Part shown: one piece after another, positions 1-9,450 of the stretch
Layout of the letters: each line of letters opens with the position of its first letter
How positions within the stretch are numbered: position 1 is the first letter of the stretch
Origin: Octopus sinensis
Taxonomy: Eukaryota
Direction of reading: 5' to 3'
DNA: 19,522 nt
NCBI RefSeq assembly: GCF_006345805.1
Contig: NW_021824333.1
Location: forward strand, 1-19,522
The notes under the pieces: model-generated
What the model was told of the DNA's origin: nothing
What the model saw: the letters and a program-made list of their open reading frames with translations, nothing else
Database searches by the model: none
Position numbers and translations under genes: made by a program

Positions 1-184
1 GATGGTCAAGCCAAAATCATCACAAGCTGAGTCAAATGCAGAGACAAGAGATTTGCAGACCTGCTTCGGAATGACTGACAAGATCACAATCATCACCATA
101 TAAAAGCTCGTTAATGAGTGAAGTAAAAACCTTCATTTTGAATTTCAGTCAGGTCAGATTAAAAACATTCCCTGTTGTTTGATT

Positions 185-460
185 CCCCCAACTTCTTAAG
201 GACATGAGATTGAACTGCAAACCCAACACCAGCCTCTCTGTGCCCCTCCTTCCGTTTCCCCTTCCCAAAAAAAGGTGTATCCAACTCCTACTTCCTCAAG
301 CTGACCACCACCTTTTATAGAAGCCTGTGAAACTAGATCACTGTCATAGCGGCTCAGCTTGTGAGCAACAAGTGCAGTGTGATTTTGAGGCCTCAAATCA
401 CTCTTGTTATCCAACAGAGGGTGCACATTCCAACAGGAAATGTTCAAGTTCCATCCAGAT
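185..460 (-). pseudogene. Degenerate RTE-clade LINE fragment, N-terminus of the apurinic-type endonuclease
   Basis: Minus strand reads LNISCWNVHPLLDNKSDLRPQNHTALVAHKLSRYD...GGQLEEVGVGYTFFW, then after a frameshift HREAGVGFAVQSHVLKKL. This matches the RTE/BovB-type pattern (WNVRTL..RPERRTALVA.EL.RY..G.L.E.G.GYTFFW..REAGVGFA), recognised from memory. Confidence 0.85.
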
Positions 461-537
461 TTTGTAAATAAAAATCTCTTTCTTTTTGAGCACAGGAGTG
501 CTCGATGATTTTGGCTTGACCATCAACTTGAAATATA

Positions 538-960
538 GGCGCAGGGGCGGCTGTGTGGTAAGTAGCTTGCTAACCAACCACATGGTTCCGGGTTCAGTCC
601 CACCGCGTGGCATCTTGGGCAAGTGTCTTCTGCTATAGCCCCGGGCCAACCAATGCCTTGTGAGTGGATTTGGTAGACAGAAACTGAAAGAAGCCTGTCG
701 TATATATGAGGTATATATATATATAGTATGTGGTGTGTTGGTGTTTTTGGTGTGTGTGTTGTCCCCCTAGCATTGCTTGACAACCAATGCTGGTGTGTTT
801 ACGTCCCCGTCACTTAGTGGTTCGGCAAAAGAGACTGATAGAATAAGTACTGGGCTTTACAAAGAATAAGTCCCGGGGTCAATTTGCTGGACTAAAGGCG
901 GTGCTCCAGCATGGCCACAGTCAAATGACTGAAACAAGTAAAAGAGTACATAAAGAGTAC
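538..960 (+). mobile_element. tRNA-derived SINE, family A (head, TA/TG microsatellite, tail), full length
   Basis: A-box-like GGCTGTGTGG near 549, B-box-like GGTTCAGTCC at 591-600, internal (TA)n(TG)n and an AAAAGAGT-type tail. The same sequence recurs at least 8 times in the window. Confidence 0.9.
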
Positions 961-1129
961 AAAGAGAGAGTACAGGGTGGACATCCATCAGTTGCTCTTA
1001 ACTGACCAGATACAGAAAGACAGGCAATTTTTGCTTCACCTTTTCTAGAACCTCCCGGCCCCCAGGTGAGCAGTGCCCTCTCCAAATGGAGCTGCTGAAA
1101 CTGGGACCGATACAATAATAACAACGGAA

Positions 1130-1503
1130 TTTTTTAGAAATTTCTGTCGGCTTGCTTAGAGACACATGCTTAAAGTGATAAATTATATGGTTACTGATGA
1201 TTTGTCTATTTTCGGCATATTTGGCATAAAAATGTTTTTCTTTTGCCTTTGTTTACAAGTTGTTTATAAATTTAACTTTTAAAGTTATTTTTTAATTGAT
1301 AGAATTTTTTTTAGAAAAATTTTATCCTATATTAGATGTATATGGATATATATATATTATATATATATTATATATATATATACATCTAATATTTATCCTA
1401 TATTAGATGTATAACGGACATTAAACGATGATGATGATGAGGTGATGACATATATATATATATACATATACATCTAATATTTATCCTATATTAGATGTAT
1501 ATG

Positions 1504-1534
<31 letters not shown>

Positions 1535-1600
1535 TATAATATATATATACATATATATATATATGCATATACATCTAATATAGGATAAAATTTTTGAAAA
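1130..1600. repeat. AT-rich repeat fragments with repeated CATCTAATA/TATTAGATG hairpin motifs among (TA)n tracts
   Basis: TTTATCCTATATTAGATGTA occurs at 1321 and within 1381-1411 and 1469-1499, and inverted at 1570-1590. A short ACGGACATTAAACGATGATGAT tail fragment of family C lies at 1414-1449. Confidence 0.6.
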
Positions 1601-2014
1601 AAATTCTATATATATATGTATATACATATATATAAACGCGCACGCCGCGCACACATACAAGTATACAAGCAACACACATACACATCCTGGGAAAATAAAC
1701 ATTTCTTTGGAAATTTTGCAATCAAGAAATTCAGAGAAAAGATCTCTATATAGAAACAAAGTGAAACTAACTGAGTCACATGCAACAATTTTTTTATGAT
1801 AACCTAAATGCTAGCAGCCACTTACTGATGGCAAAAACAAGAAAAAAGAGGTTTTTTTGGGGGGGGTTTCTCTCTCTCCCTCTCTCTTCTCATCGGTTGG
1901 ATGAGAGTCAAATGCCACTTACACATTCCTATTCCCCCCCCCCCCCCGAAAAATTTTTTTCTCTGAAATTATCTCGCTGCCTATGTTTTTCTATGTCATC
2001 AACGTGCAATTACA

Positions 2015-2218
2015 CTCTTTTACTCTTTTACTTTTTTTCAGTCATTTGACTGCAGCCATGCTGGAGCACCGCCTTTAGTCGAGCAAATCGATCCCGGGAC
2101 TTATTCTTTGTAAGCCCAGCACTTATTCTATCGGCCTCTTTTGCCGAACTGCTAAGTGACGGGGACGTAAACACACCAGCATCGGTTGTCAAGCAATGCT
2201 AGGGGGACTCACAAACAC

Positions 2219-2249
<31 letters not shown>

Positions 2250-2420
2250 CATATATACGACAGGCTTCTTTCAGTTTCCGTCCACCGAATCCACTCACAA
2301 GGCATTGGTTGGCCCAGGGCTATAGCAGAAGACACTTGCCCAAGATGCCACGCAGTGGGACTGAACCCGGAACCATGTGGTTGGTAAGCGAGCTACTTAC
2401 CACACAGCCACTCCTGCACC
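2015..2420 (-). mobile_element. SINE family A, full length
   Basis: Reverse complement of the 538-960 element, including head boxes and tail. Confidence 0.9.
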
Positions 2421-2656
2421 TGTTGACACTGGTCAACAAACATTTTGCTGACTTCGAATATGGTATACATTTTCTTCTAACACATCAGGTTTTCCTTCTA
2501 TAGCATACCTTTATGATGTACTGTATAAATAATTTATTTGGTCAGGATAGTTTACTAAGCCTTATAGCTTCAGAACATAGGATATAATGTCAATAGAATA
2601 TGAAAAGTAAGATAGCATACTGTTAATTTTCTAATATGATGACTAAAACGTCAACC

Positions 2657-2880
2657 TATTTCTTTACTACCCACAAGGGGCTAAACACAGAGAGGACAAA
2701 CAAGGACAGACACATGGATTAAGTCGATTATATCGACCCCAGTGCCTAACTGGTGCTTATTTAATCGACCCCAAGAGGATGAAAGGCAAAGTCGACCTCG
2801 GCGGAATTTGAACTCAGGACGTAACAGCAGACGAAATACCGCGAAGCATTTTGCCCGGCATGCTAATGATTCTGCCAGCT
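2657..2880 (-). mobile_element. tRNA-derived SINE, family B
   Basis: Minus strand starts AGCTGGCAGAATC (A-box-like) and has B-box GAGTTCAAATTCC, followed by CCGAGGTCGACTTTGCCTTTCATCC. Homologous copies lie at 9451-10199 and 19209-19402. Confidence 0.85.
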
Positions 2881-2892
2881 TGTAAACCATCA

Positions 2893-3125
2893 TACTCTTA
2901 CTCTTTTACCTGTTTCTGTCATTTGACTGTGGCCATGCTGGAGCACCGCCTTTAATCGAGCAACTCGACCCCGGGACTTATTCTTTTTGTAAGCCCAGTA
3001 CTTATTCTATCGGTCTCTTTTACCGAACCGCTAAGTAACGGGGACACAAACACACCAGCATCGGTTGTCAAGCAATGCTAGGGGGACAAACACAGACACA
3101 CAAACACACACACGCATATATATAT
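2893..3125 (-). mobile_element. SINE family A, 3' half only
   Basis: Matches the family A tail; the head is absent at the (TA)n tract. Confidence 0.85.
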
Positions 3126-3131
3126 ATATAT

Positions 3132-4553
3132 ATCATCATCATCATCATCATCATCATTTAGCGTCCGCTTTCCATGCTAGCATGGGTTGGACGGTTCAAC
3201 TGGGGTCTGGGGAGCCCGAAGGCTGCACCAGGCCAGTCAGATCTGGCAGTGTTTCTACAGCTGGATGCCCTTCCTAACGCCAACCACTCCGAGAGTGTAG
3301 TGGGTGATTTTATGTGCCAACCGACACAGGTGCCAGACGAGGCTGGCGAACGGCCACGCTCGATGGTGTTTTTATGTGCCACCGACACGGTGCCAGACGA
3401 GGCTGGCAGACGGCCACGCTCGGATGGTGTTTATTTGCCACCGACACAGGTGCCAGATGAGGCTGGCGGACGGCCACGATCGGATGGTGTTTGTTACGTC
3501 CCCAAAGCACGGAGGCCAGTCTATGCGGTACTGGCTACGGCCACGTTCGGATGATTTTCTTGTGTGCCACCGGCACTGGTACCACAAAGATACAAATTCC
3601 ATTTATGTTCATCTATTTTGATTTGTTTTGATTTGATTTGATTTGATTTGATTTGATTTTCACTTGCCTCAACAGGTCTTCACAAGTGTCACAAGAAGGA
3701 AGGTATGCATAGGTGGACTGTCTACGTCGCCGGGTCTTCGGATGGTGTCTTTATGTGCCACCGACACAGGTGCCAGATTTGGCTGGCGAACGGCCACGAT
3801 CGGATGGTTTTCTTGTGTGCCACCGGTACTGGAACCACAAAGATACAAATTCCATTGATGTTCATCTATTTTGATTTGGTTTGATTTCACTTGCCTCAAC
3901 AGGTCTTCACAAGTGTCACGCATGTCACACACTTGCCTCAACAGGTCTCCACAAGTGTCCACACACTTGCCTCTGCCTCAACAGGTCTTCACAAGTGTCA
4001 CACACTTGCCTCTCCTCAACAGGTCTTCACAAGTGTCATAAGAGGAAGGTAAGCACAGGTGACTGACTACGTCGCCGGGTCTTTGGATGGTGGTGGTGTT
4101 TTTATGTGCCACCGACACAGGTTGCCAGGTGAGGCTGGCGAACGGCCACGATCAGATGGTGTTTGTTGTGCCCACAGCACGGAGGCCAGTCGACGGCCAC
4201 GTTCGGATGGTTTTCTTGTGTGCCACCGGTACTGGAACCACAAAGATACAAATTCCATTGATATCATCTATTTTGATTTGGTTTGATTTTCACTTGCCTC
4301 AACAGGTCTTCACAAGGGTCACACACTTGCCTCAACAGGTCTCCACAAGTGTCACACACTTGCCTCTGCCTCAACAGGTCTTCATATATATATATATATA
4401 TACATATATATGACGGGCTTCTTTCAGTTTCCGTCTACCAAACACACTCACAAGGCTTTGGTCGGCTCAAGGCAATAGTAGAAGAAACTCGCCCAAGGTG
4501 CCACGCAGTGGGACTGAACCCAGAACCATGTGGTTGGTAAACAAGCTACTTAC
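3132..4553 (-). mobile_element. Composite SINE: family A head (4553-4400), internal minisatellite arrays, family C tail ending in (GAT)n
   Basis: The A head is continuous through (TA)n into ~31-37-bp CACTTGCCTCAACAGG subrepeats and ~60-bp GTGCCACCGACAC repeats. These lead into the GGAAGGGCATCCAG...GGACGCTAAATGATGATGAT tail also seen at 8106-8339 and 18700-19190. Confidence 0.75.
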
Positions 4554-4765
4554 TTCTGGAAAAATCACATTTACACCGCAGTAAAAATCATAGGTATAGT
4601 GTGGGATATCACTCAAAAGAATATGAAGGGTGTTAAGAAAAGCTTTGCCTTAAATTTCTTAATAATTTTGAGGGTTTTAAATCACTACAAGAAAATGTAC
4701 AAAAATAAATAAGAAATTGTAAAACTGGCAAATGAATTGAATCTCAACATGTCGGCAAGTGACGT

Positions 4766-5157
4766 GAGTGGCTGTGTGGTAAGTAGCTTTCTTACTGACC
4801 ACATGGTTCAGGGTTCAGTCTCGCTATGTGGCACCTTGGGCAAGTGTCTTCTACTATAGCCTCAAGTCGACCAAAGCCTTGTGAGTGGATTTCGTAGACG
4901 AAAACTGAAAGAAGTCCGTCGGATATATGTATATATATATGTATGTGTTTGCGTGTCTGCGTTTGTCCTCCCAACATCGCTTGACAACTGATGCTGGTGT
5001 GTTTAGGTCCCCGTAACTTCGCGGTTCGGCAAACACCGATAGAATAAGTACTGGGCTTACAAAAAGAATAAGTCGCAGGGTCGAGTTGCTCGATTAAAGG
5101 CAGTGCTCCAGCATGGCCACAGTCAAATGACTGAAACAGGTAAAAGAGTAAGAGTAT
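4766..5157 (+). mobile_element. SINE family A nested in the Tigger-like remnant
   Basis: Head, microsatellite and tail match the other family A copies; transposase homology resumes on the far side. Confidence 0.9.
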
Positions 5158-5167
5158 GATGGTTTAC

Positions 5168-5330
5168 GAGCTGGCAGAATCCCCGTAAGCTAGCGGTTCG
5201 GCAAAAAAGACCGATAGAATAAGTACTAGGCTTACAAAGAATAAGACCTGGGGGGCGATTTGCTCAACTAAAGGTGGTGCTCCAGCATGGCCACAGTCAG
5301 ATGACTGAAATAAGTAAAAGAGTAAAGAGT
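5168..5330 (+). mobile_element. Chimeric SINE: 14-nt family B head stub joined to a family A tail
   Basis: GAGCTGGCAGAATC (family B 5' end) runs directly into CCCGTAA..TAGCGGTTCGGCAAAA (family A tail). Confidence 0.75.
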
Positions 5331-5778
5331 ATAGTGATGAACTCACCAACAAAACCTTATTGCACTGCAAAAGCAGACAACAAACAGAAGAAGGAAAGGA
5401 CATTGTCGATGAAACGCCAGTTAATGCATTCACATTGAAAGGACTTGCGAAAGCATTTCAGCATTCGGGTAAAGGCTTGAAAAATTTTCAAGCACACGAT
5501 CCAAGTTTTGAACAAAGTGCCAAAGTTTTTGAACAAAGTGCCAAACAAATGCTTTCGAGTGTTACTGAGAAATTTATAAAGAGCGAAAAAAAAAAAAAGC
5601 TTCTTTTAAGCAAACAACTGTAGACTTGATTTTAAAAAATGAAATCTAAAAGTCGGTCTTATGAGTGCTTGTGAATCAGCGATCATGTCTACAAGTGATG
5701 GTGTGTGCCAGTCTGGAGCAAACGAAAGTGATTCAGAAAACGGTAATAATAATATTTTTCATTTCATTTCATCTATTC

Positions 5779-6171
5779 ATTTACTTGTTTCAGTCATTTG
5801 ACTGCGGCCATGCTGGAGCACCGCCTTTAGTCGAGCAAATCGACCCCGGGACTTATTCTTTGTAAACCTAGTACTTATTCTATCGGTCTCTTTTTGCCGA
5901 ACTGCTAAGTGACGGGGACACACCAGCATCGGTTGTCAAACGATGTTGGGGGAGGGGGGCAAACACAACACACAAACATATATATATATATATATATATG
6001 CATATATACGACGGGCTTCTTTCAGTTTCCGTCTACCAAATCCACTCACAAGGCTTTGGTCGACCCGAGGCTATAGCAGAAGACACTTGACCAAGGTGCC
6101 ACGCAGTGGGACTGAACCTGGAACCATGTGGTTCGTAAGCAAGCTACTTACCACACAGCCACTCCGACGCC
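5779..6171 (-). mobile_element. SINE family A, full length
   Basis: Reverse complement of the family A consensus seen in this window. Confidence 0.9.
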
Positions 6172-6494
6172 TATGATCTTGACATTCTTTTTACTTTATA
6201 TAAAATATTCTTTCCATTCTACTGCAATTTTATTGCCATTCATTTACGAGCATTATAAATTTTATAGGTAAAATATTTTTCTGGGAACAAACTACGATTA
6301 ATAACACTGCTACTATGGGAAATTATTGAGCTGCTTTACAAGTTTTCACTTAACAAGCGGTCTCCGGAAACAAATTAATTCATATATCAAGATGTTACTG
6401 TACACACACACATACAAATATATATACACATAAATAATTGACTGACTGAATGGCTGACAGACAGACATACAAACAGATATATATATATATATAT

Positions 6495-6891
6495 ACTCTT
6501 TTACTTGTTTCAGTCATTTTGACTGCGGCCATGCTGGAGCACCGCCTTTAGTCGAGCAAATCGACCCCAGGACTTATTCTTTGTAAGCCCAGTACTTATT
6601 CTATCAGTCTCTTTTTACCGAACCGCTAAGTGACGGGGACGTAAACACACCAGCATCGGTTGTCAAGCGATGGTGGGGGGACAAGCACAGACACACAAAC
6701 ATATACACACACATACATATATATATATACATATATACGACAGGCTTCTTTCAGTTTCCGTCTACCAAATCCACTCACAAGGCATTGGTCAGCCCGTGGC
6801 TATAGCAGAAGTCACTTGCCACGCAGTGGGACTGAACCCGGAACCATGTGGTTGGTAAGCAAGCTACTTACCACACAGCCACTCCTGCGCC
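6495..6891 (-). mobile_element. SINE family A, full length, in a (TA)n tract
   Basis: Family A match; flanked by TA repeats on both sides. Confidence 0.9.
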
Positions 6892-6917
6892 TAAGTATAT
6901 ATATATATAATTATAAT

Positions 6918-7205
6918 AATAATATTAGGGAGTATATCCAAACTTACAGGGAAAAATTAGATTTAGGATTAAATGAAATTTCACAGTATAAATATAAATT
7001 AAATTAGAGATAAAACCACTACTAAAAATAAAAAATTAAACATTTAAAAATTTTTAAATATAAAAGTTTAAAAATTTTTAATTTTAATAATTTAAATTTT
7101 ATATATATATATTATATTAATTTTTTTGTTTTTTATGTTTTGGTTTATGTCTATCACTGTTTGAGTTACCTAATAGTAGTTTTATCTCTAATTTAATTTA
7201 TTAAT
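6918..7205. repeat. AT-rich family P repeat in two opposed pieces (plus 6918-7030, minus ~7125-7205)
   Basis: The consensus TATTAGGGAGT..CCAAACTTACAG.GAAAAATTAGATTTAGG..AGAGATAAAACCACTA recurs at 10539, 12016 and 14742, and on the minus strand at 14635-14705. Confidence 0.75.
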
Positions 7206-7387
7206 ATATATATATATATATAATAGTTATCGCCATACTAATATGGCATTCTTATAAAAATAAGAAAAAAGCTGTCCGCTTATTAGCTCCATGAGGCCAT
7301 CGCCTTAAGTTAGCTATTTGATACACAAACTGTATCCATATAACCTTCGAACAAGGAGGTCAGTCGCTCCACACTACTTGACCGGCA

Positions 7388-7429
7388 GCTACAGACGCGT
7401 TTCGGGGTATTGCCCCTTTTCAATGCAGC
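7388..7429 (-). ncRNA. Minimal type I hammerhead ribozyme with a U3-A8 core variant
   Basis: Minus strand reads GCUGCA-UUGAAAA-GGGG-CAAUA-CCCC-GAAA-CGCG-UC^UGUAGC. Stem I is 6 bp (one GU), stem II is 4 bp, stem III is the palindromic ACGCGU, and the GUC cleavage site falls between 7394 and 7393. Confidence 0.8.
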
Positions 7430-7825
7430 GAGCCAGCCAGTAGGTGTCGCTTCCGACAATCTCTGTTCGATGGTTTTATTTACCTAGTTTCGGTGGAATA
7501 CATCCACTTGTTTTCAATAATAGAAATATTAAAATAACTAAGTCTCTCTAAAAGAGAACAGCGGCAGCGTTCCCGGAAAATAATAGTTATCGCATACTAA
7601 TATGGCATTCTTATAAAAATAAGAAAAAAGCTGTCGCTTATTAGCTCCATGAGGCCATCGCCTTAAGTTAGCTATTGATACACAAACTGTATCCATATAA
7701 CCTTAGAGAGACTTCTAGTTATTTTATATTTCTATTATTGAAAACAAGTGGATGTATCCACCGAAACTAGGTAAATAAAACCATCGAACAGAGATTGTCG
7801 GAAGCGACACCTACTGGCTGGCTAC

Positions 7826-7865
7826 GCTGCATTGAAAAGGGGCAATACCCCAACGCGTCTGTAGC
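7826..7865 (+). ncRNA. Second copy of the same hammerhead, with GA missing from the GAAA core
   Basis: GCTGCA-TTGAAAA-GGGG-CAATA-CCCC-AA-CGCG-TC-TGTAGC; a 2-nt deletion relative to 7388-7429 (real mutation or sequencing error). Confidence 0.65.
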
Positions 7866-8105
7866 TGCCGGTCAAGTAGGTGGAGCGACTGACCTCCTTG
7901 TTCGAAGGTTATATGGATACAGTTTGTGTATCAAATAGCTAACTTAAGGCGATGGCCTCATGGAGCTAATAAGCGGACAGCTTTTTTTATTTTATAAGAA
8001 TGCCATATTAGTATGGCGATAACTATTATTTTCCGGGACGCTGCCGCTGTTCTCTTTTAGAGAGACTTAGTTATTTTAATATTTCTATTATATATATATA
8101 TATAT

Positions 8106-8339
8106 GTGCTGGTGGCATGTAAAAAGCACCAACCGATCGTGGCCACTGCCAGCCTCCCCTGGCACGTAAAAAACACCCACTACACTCACAGAGTGGTTGG
8201 CGTTAGGAAGGGCATCCAGCTGTAGAAACACTGCCAGATCAGACTGGAGCCTGGTGCTGCCTCCTGGCTTCCCAGACCCCGGTCGAAGCATCCAACCCGT
8301 GCTAGCACGGAAAACGGACATTAAATGATGATGATGATA
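8106..8339 (+). mobile_element. Family C retroposon 3' part with (GAT)n tail
   Basis: GGCACGTAAAA repeats, then TTGGCGTTAGGAAGGGCATCCAG, ending GGAAAACGGACATTAAATGATGATGAT. The tail resembles RTE-type LINE ends (inference). Confidence 0.8.
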
Positions 8340-8369
8340 TATATATACAAAAATATAGACAAGTTTTAA

Positions 8370-8590
8370 CCCTTTCATTACCAACCCGGCTGAAACCGGC
8401 TCTGGCTCTGTAGTACAAATGTCTTGTTTTCATAAGTTTTGAATTAAAATCTTCCACCAAACCTTAGTCACAATTTATGTTCCTAACACTAGCTTTATGA
8501 TAACTAAGTTATTTTACTAAATTCTTTGTTATATTTAAAATAATTGAGAGAAACACAAAGCATCTCAAAATAAATGCAGTAATGGAAGGG
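8370..8590. mobile_element. piggyBac-like MITE
   Basis: TTAA|CCCTTTCATTAC at the left and GTAATGGAAGGG|TTAG at the right: 12-bp TIR with 11/12 match. CCCT..AGGG termini and a TTAA target are piggyBac hallmarks. Confidence 0.7.
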
Positions 8591-9450
8591 TTAGGCAGAA
8601 AAATCCCATTATAAAATCATCATTGATGGATTTCAAATTGTTCTCTAGTTAACTCCTGCCCTATAAGCTGTTGGCTCCCTTACTATTTAACCTCATGTGA
8701 TTTCCCCCCTTACTATAGAACTTCCTTTCTCTCGCTACCACAAGTACAATTCTCACCCCACCACTTCAAGCTGATAGAAGGAAGGAAGCTACTTTAAGTT
8801 ACTTAAGACACAGCTTAATAGGTTTTAAATATCTACACAAAAGCAAAGGATTGGCTCCTATAAAAATAAACCAGAGGAAAAAAAAAGAAAGAAAATACCA
8901 CCCCTCCCCATCACTGTTTCTTCAGCAGCATTTGGCAGACTTTCATGTGTCTGTGAATTTTTATACACAGACACACATGTGACACAGAATACAGACTTGA
9001 TTGCACACAAATCCAAAAGTGTATGTATACATCTTGTTAGACATACACACACACACTCATTCACAACTACAAGAGCACATGTGTAAGTGTGTTTGTTTCC
9101 ATGTGTAACTATGTATGTGCTCGCTTCCATATGTGTATGCGCATCCTGTTACATACATATGCACATAAGCACATACTTATATGAACGTGTACGTCTGTGT
9201 ATGTGTGTATACATGAGTGTGTGTACATCATGGTAAGAGGATACATCTCACACAGGCAAACTGCCAAAAAATAGCAGTTTTCTGGGAAATTCAACAGAGC
9301 AAAAATTCTGTGGAAAACCCAAGCATGTGATTAATGTATGTTTTTTATTTATGTATTTATTATTGCAACATAGACATGGCTTGTTTGCAACCACAAGGTT
9401 TCAGGTTCAGTACCACTAAATGGCATCTTGAACAAATGTCTTCTACTATA

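Larger units (their letters stand above)
4554..6400 (+). pseudogene. Tigger/pogo-like DNA transposon remnant (transposase C-terminus plus right end), interrupted by three SINEs
   Basis: 4554-4765 reads FWKNHIYTAVKIIGIVWDITQKNMKGV, then frameshifted KLCLKFLNNFEGF and EIVKLANELNL. After the SINEs, 5331-5640 reads SDELTNKTLL...FTLKGLAKAF...HDPSFEQSAKV...KQTTVDL, typical of Tigger C-termini (from memory). The element ends ...GTTACTG|TA at 6400, like a Tigger terminus with a TA target. Confidence 0.75.
7221..8090. mobile_element. Tandem plus inverted ~360-nt hammerhead-containing monomer (retrozyme or Penelope pseudo-LTR-like)
   Basis: Monomer 7221-7580, partial tandem copy 7581-7703, inversion junction at ~7704, then reverse-complement copies to 8090 with a period of ~354. 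Bounded by (TA)n on both sides. Confidence 0.75.

Noticed and set aside
538-610. tRNA gene calls for the SINE heads
   Set aside because: A and B boxes are present, but there is no complete cloverleaf and each head continues into a repeated body.
3304-4382. CRISPR-like appearance of short direct repeats (also 18705-19025)
   Set aside because: The intervening sequences are themselves homologous rather than unique spacers, there are no cas genes, and the context is eukaryotic SINE.
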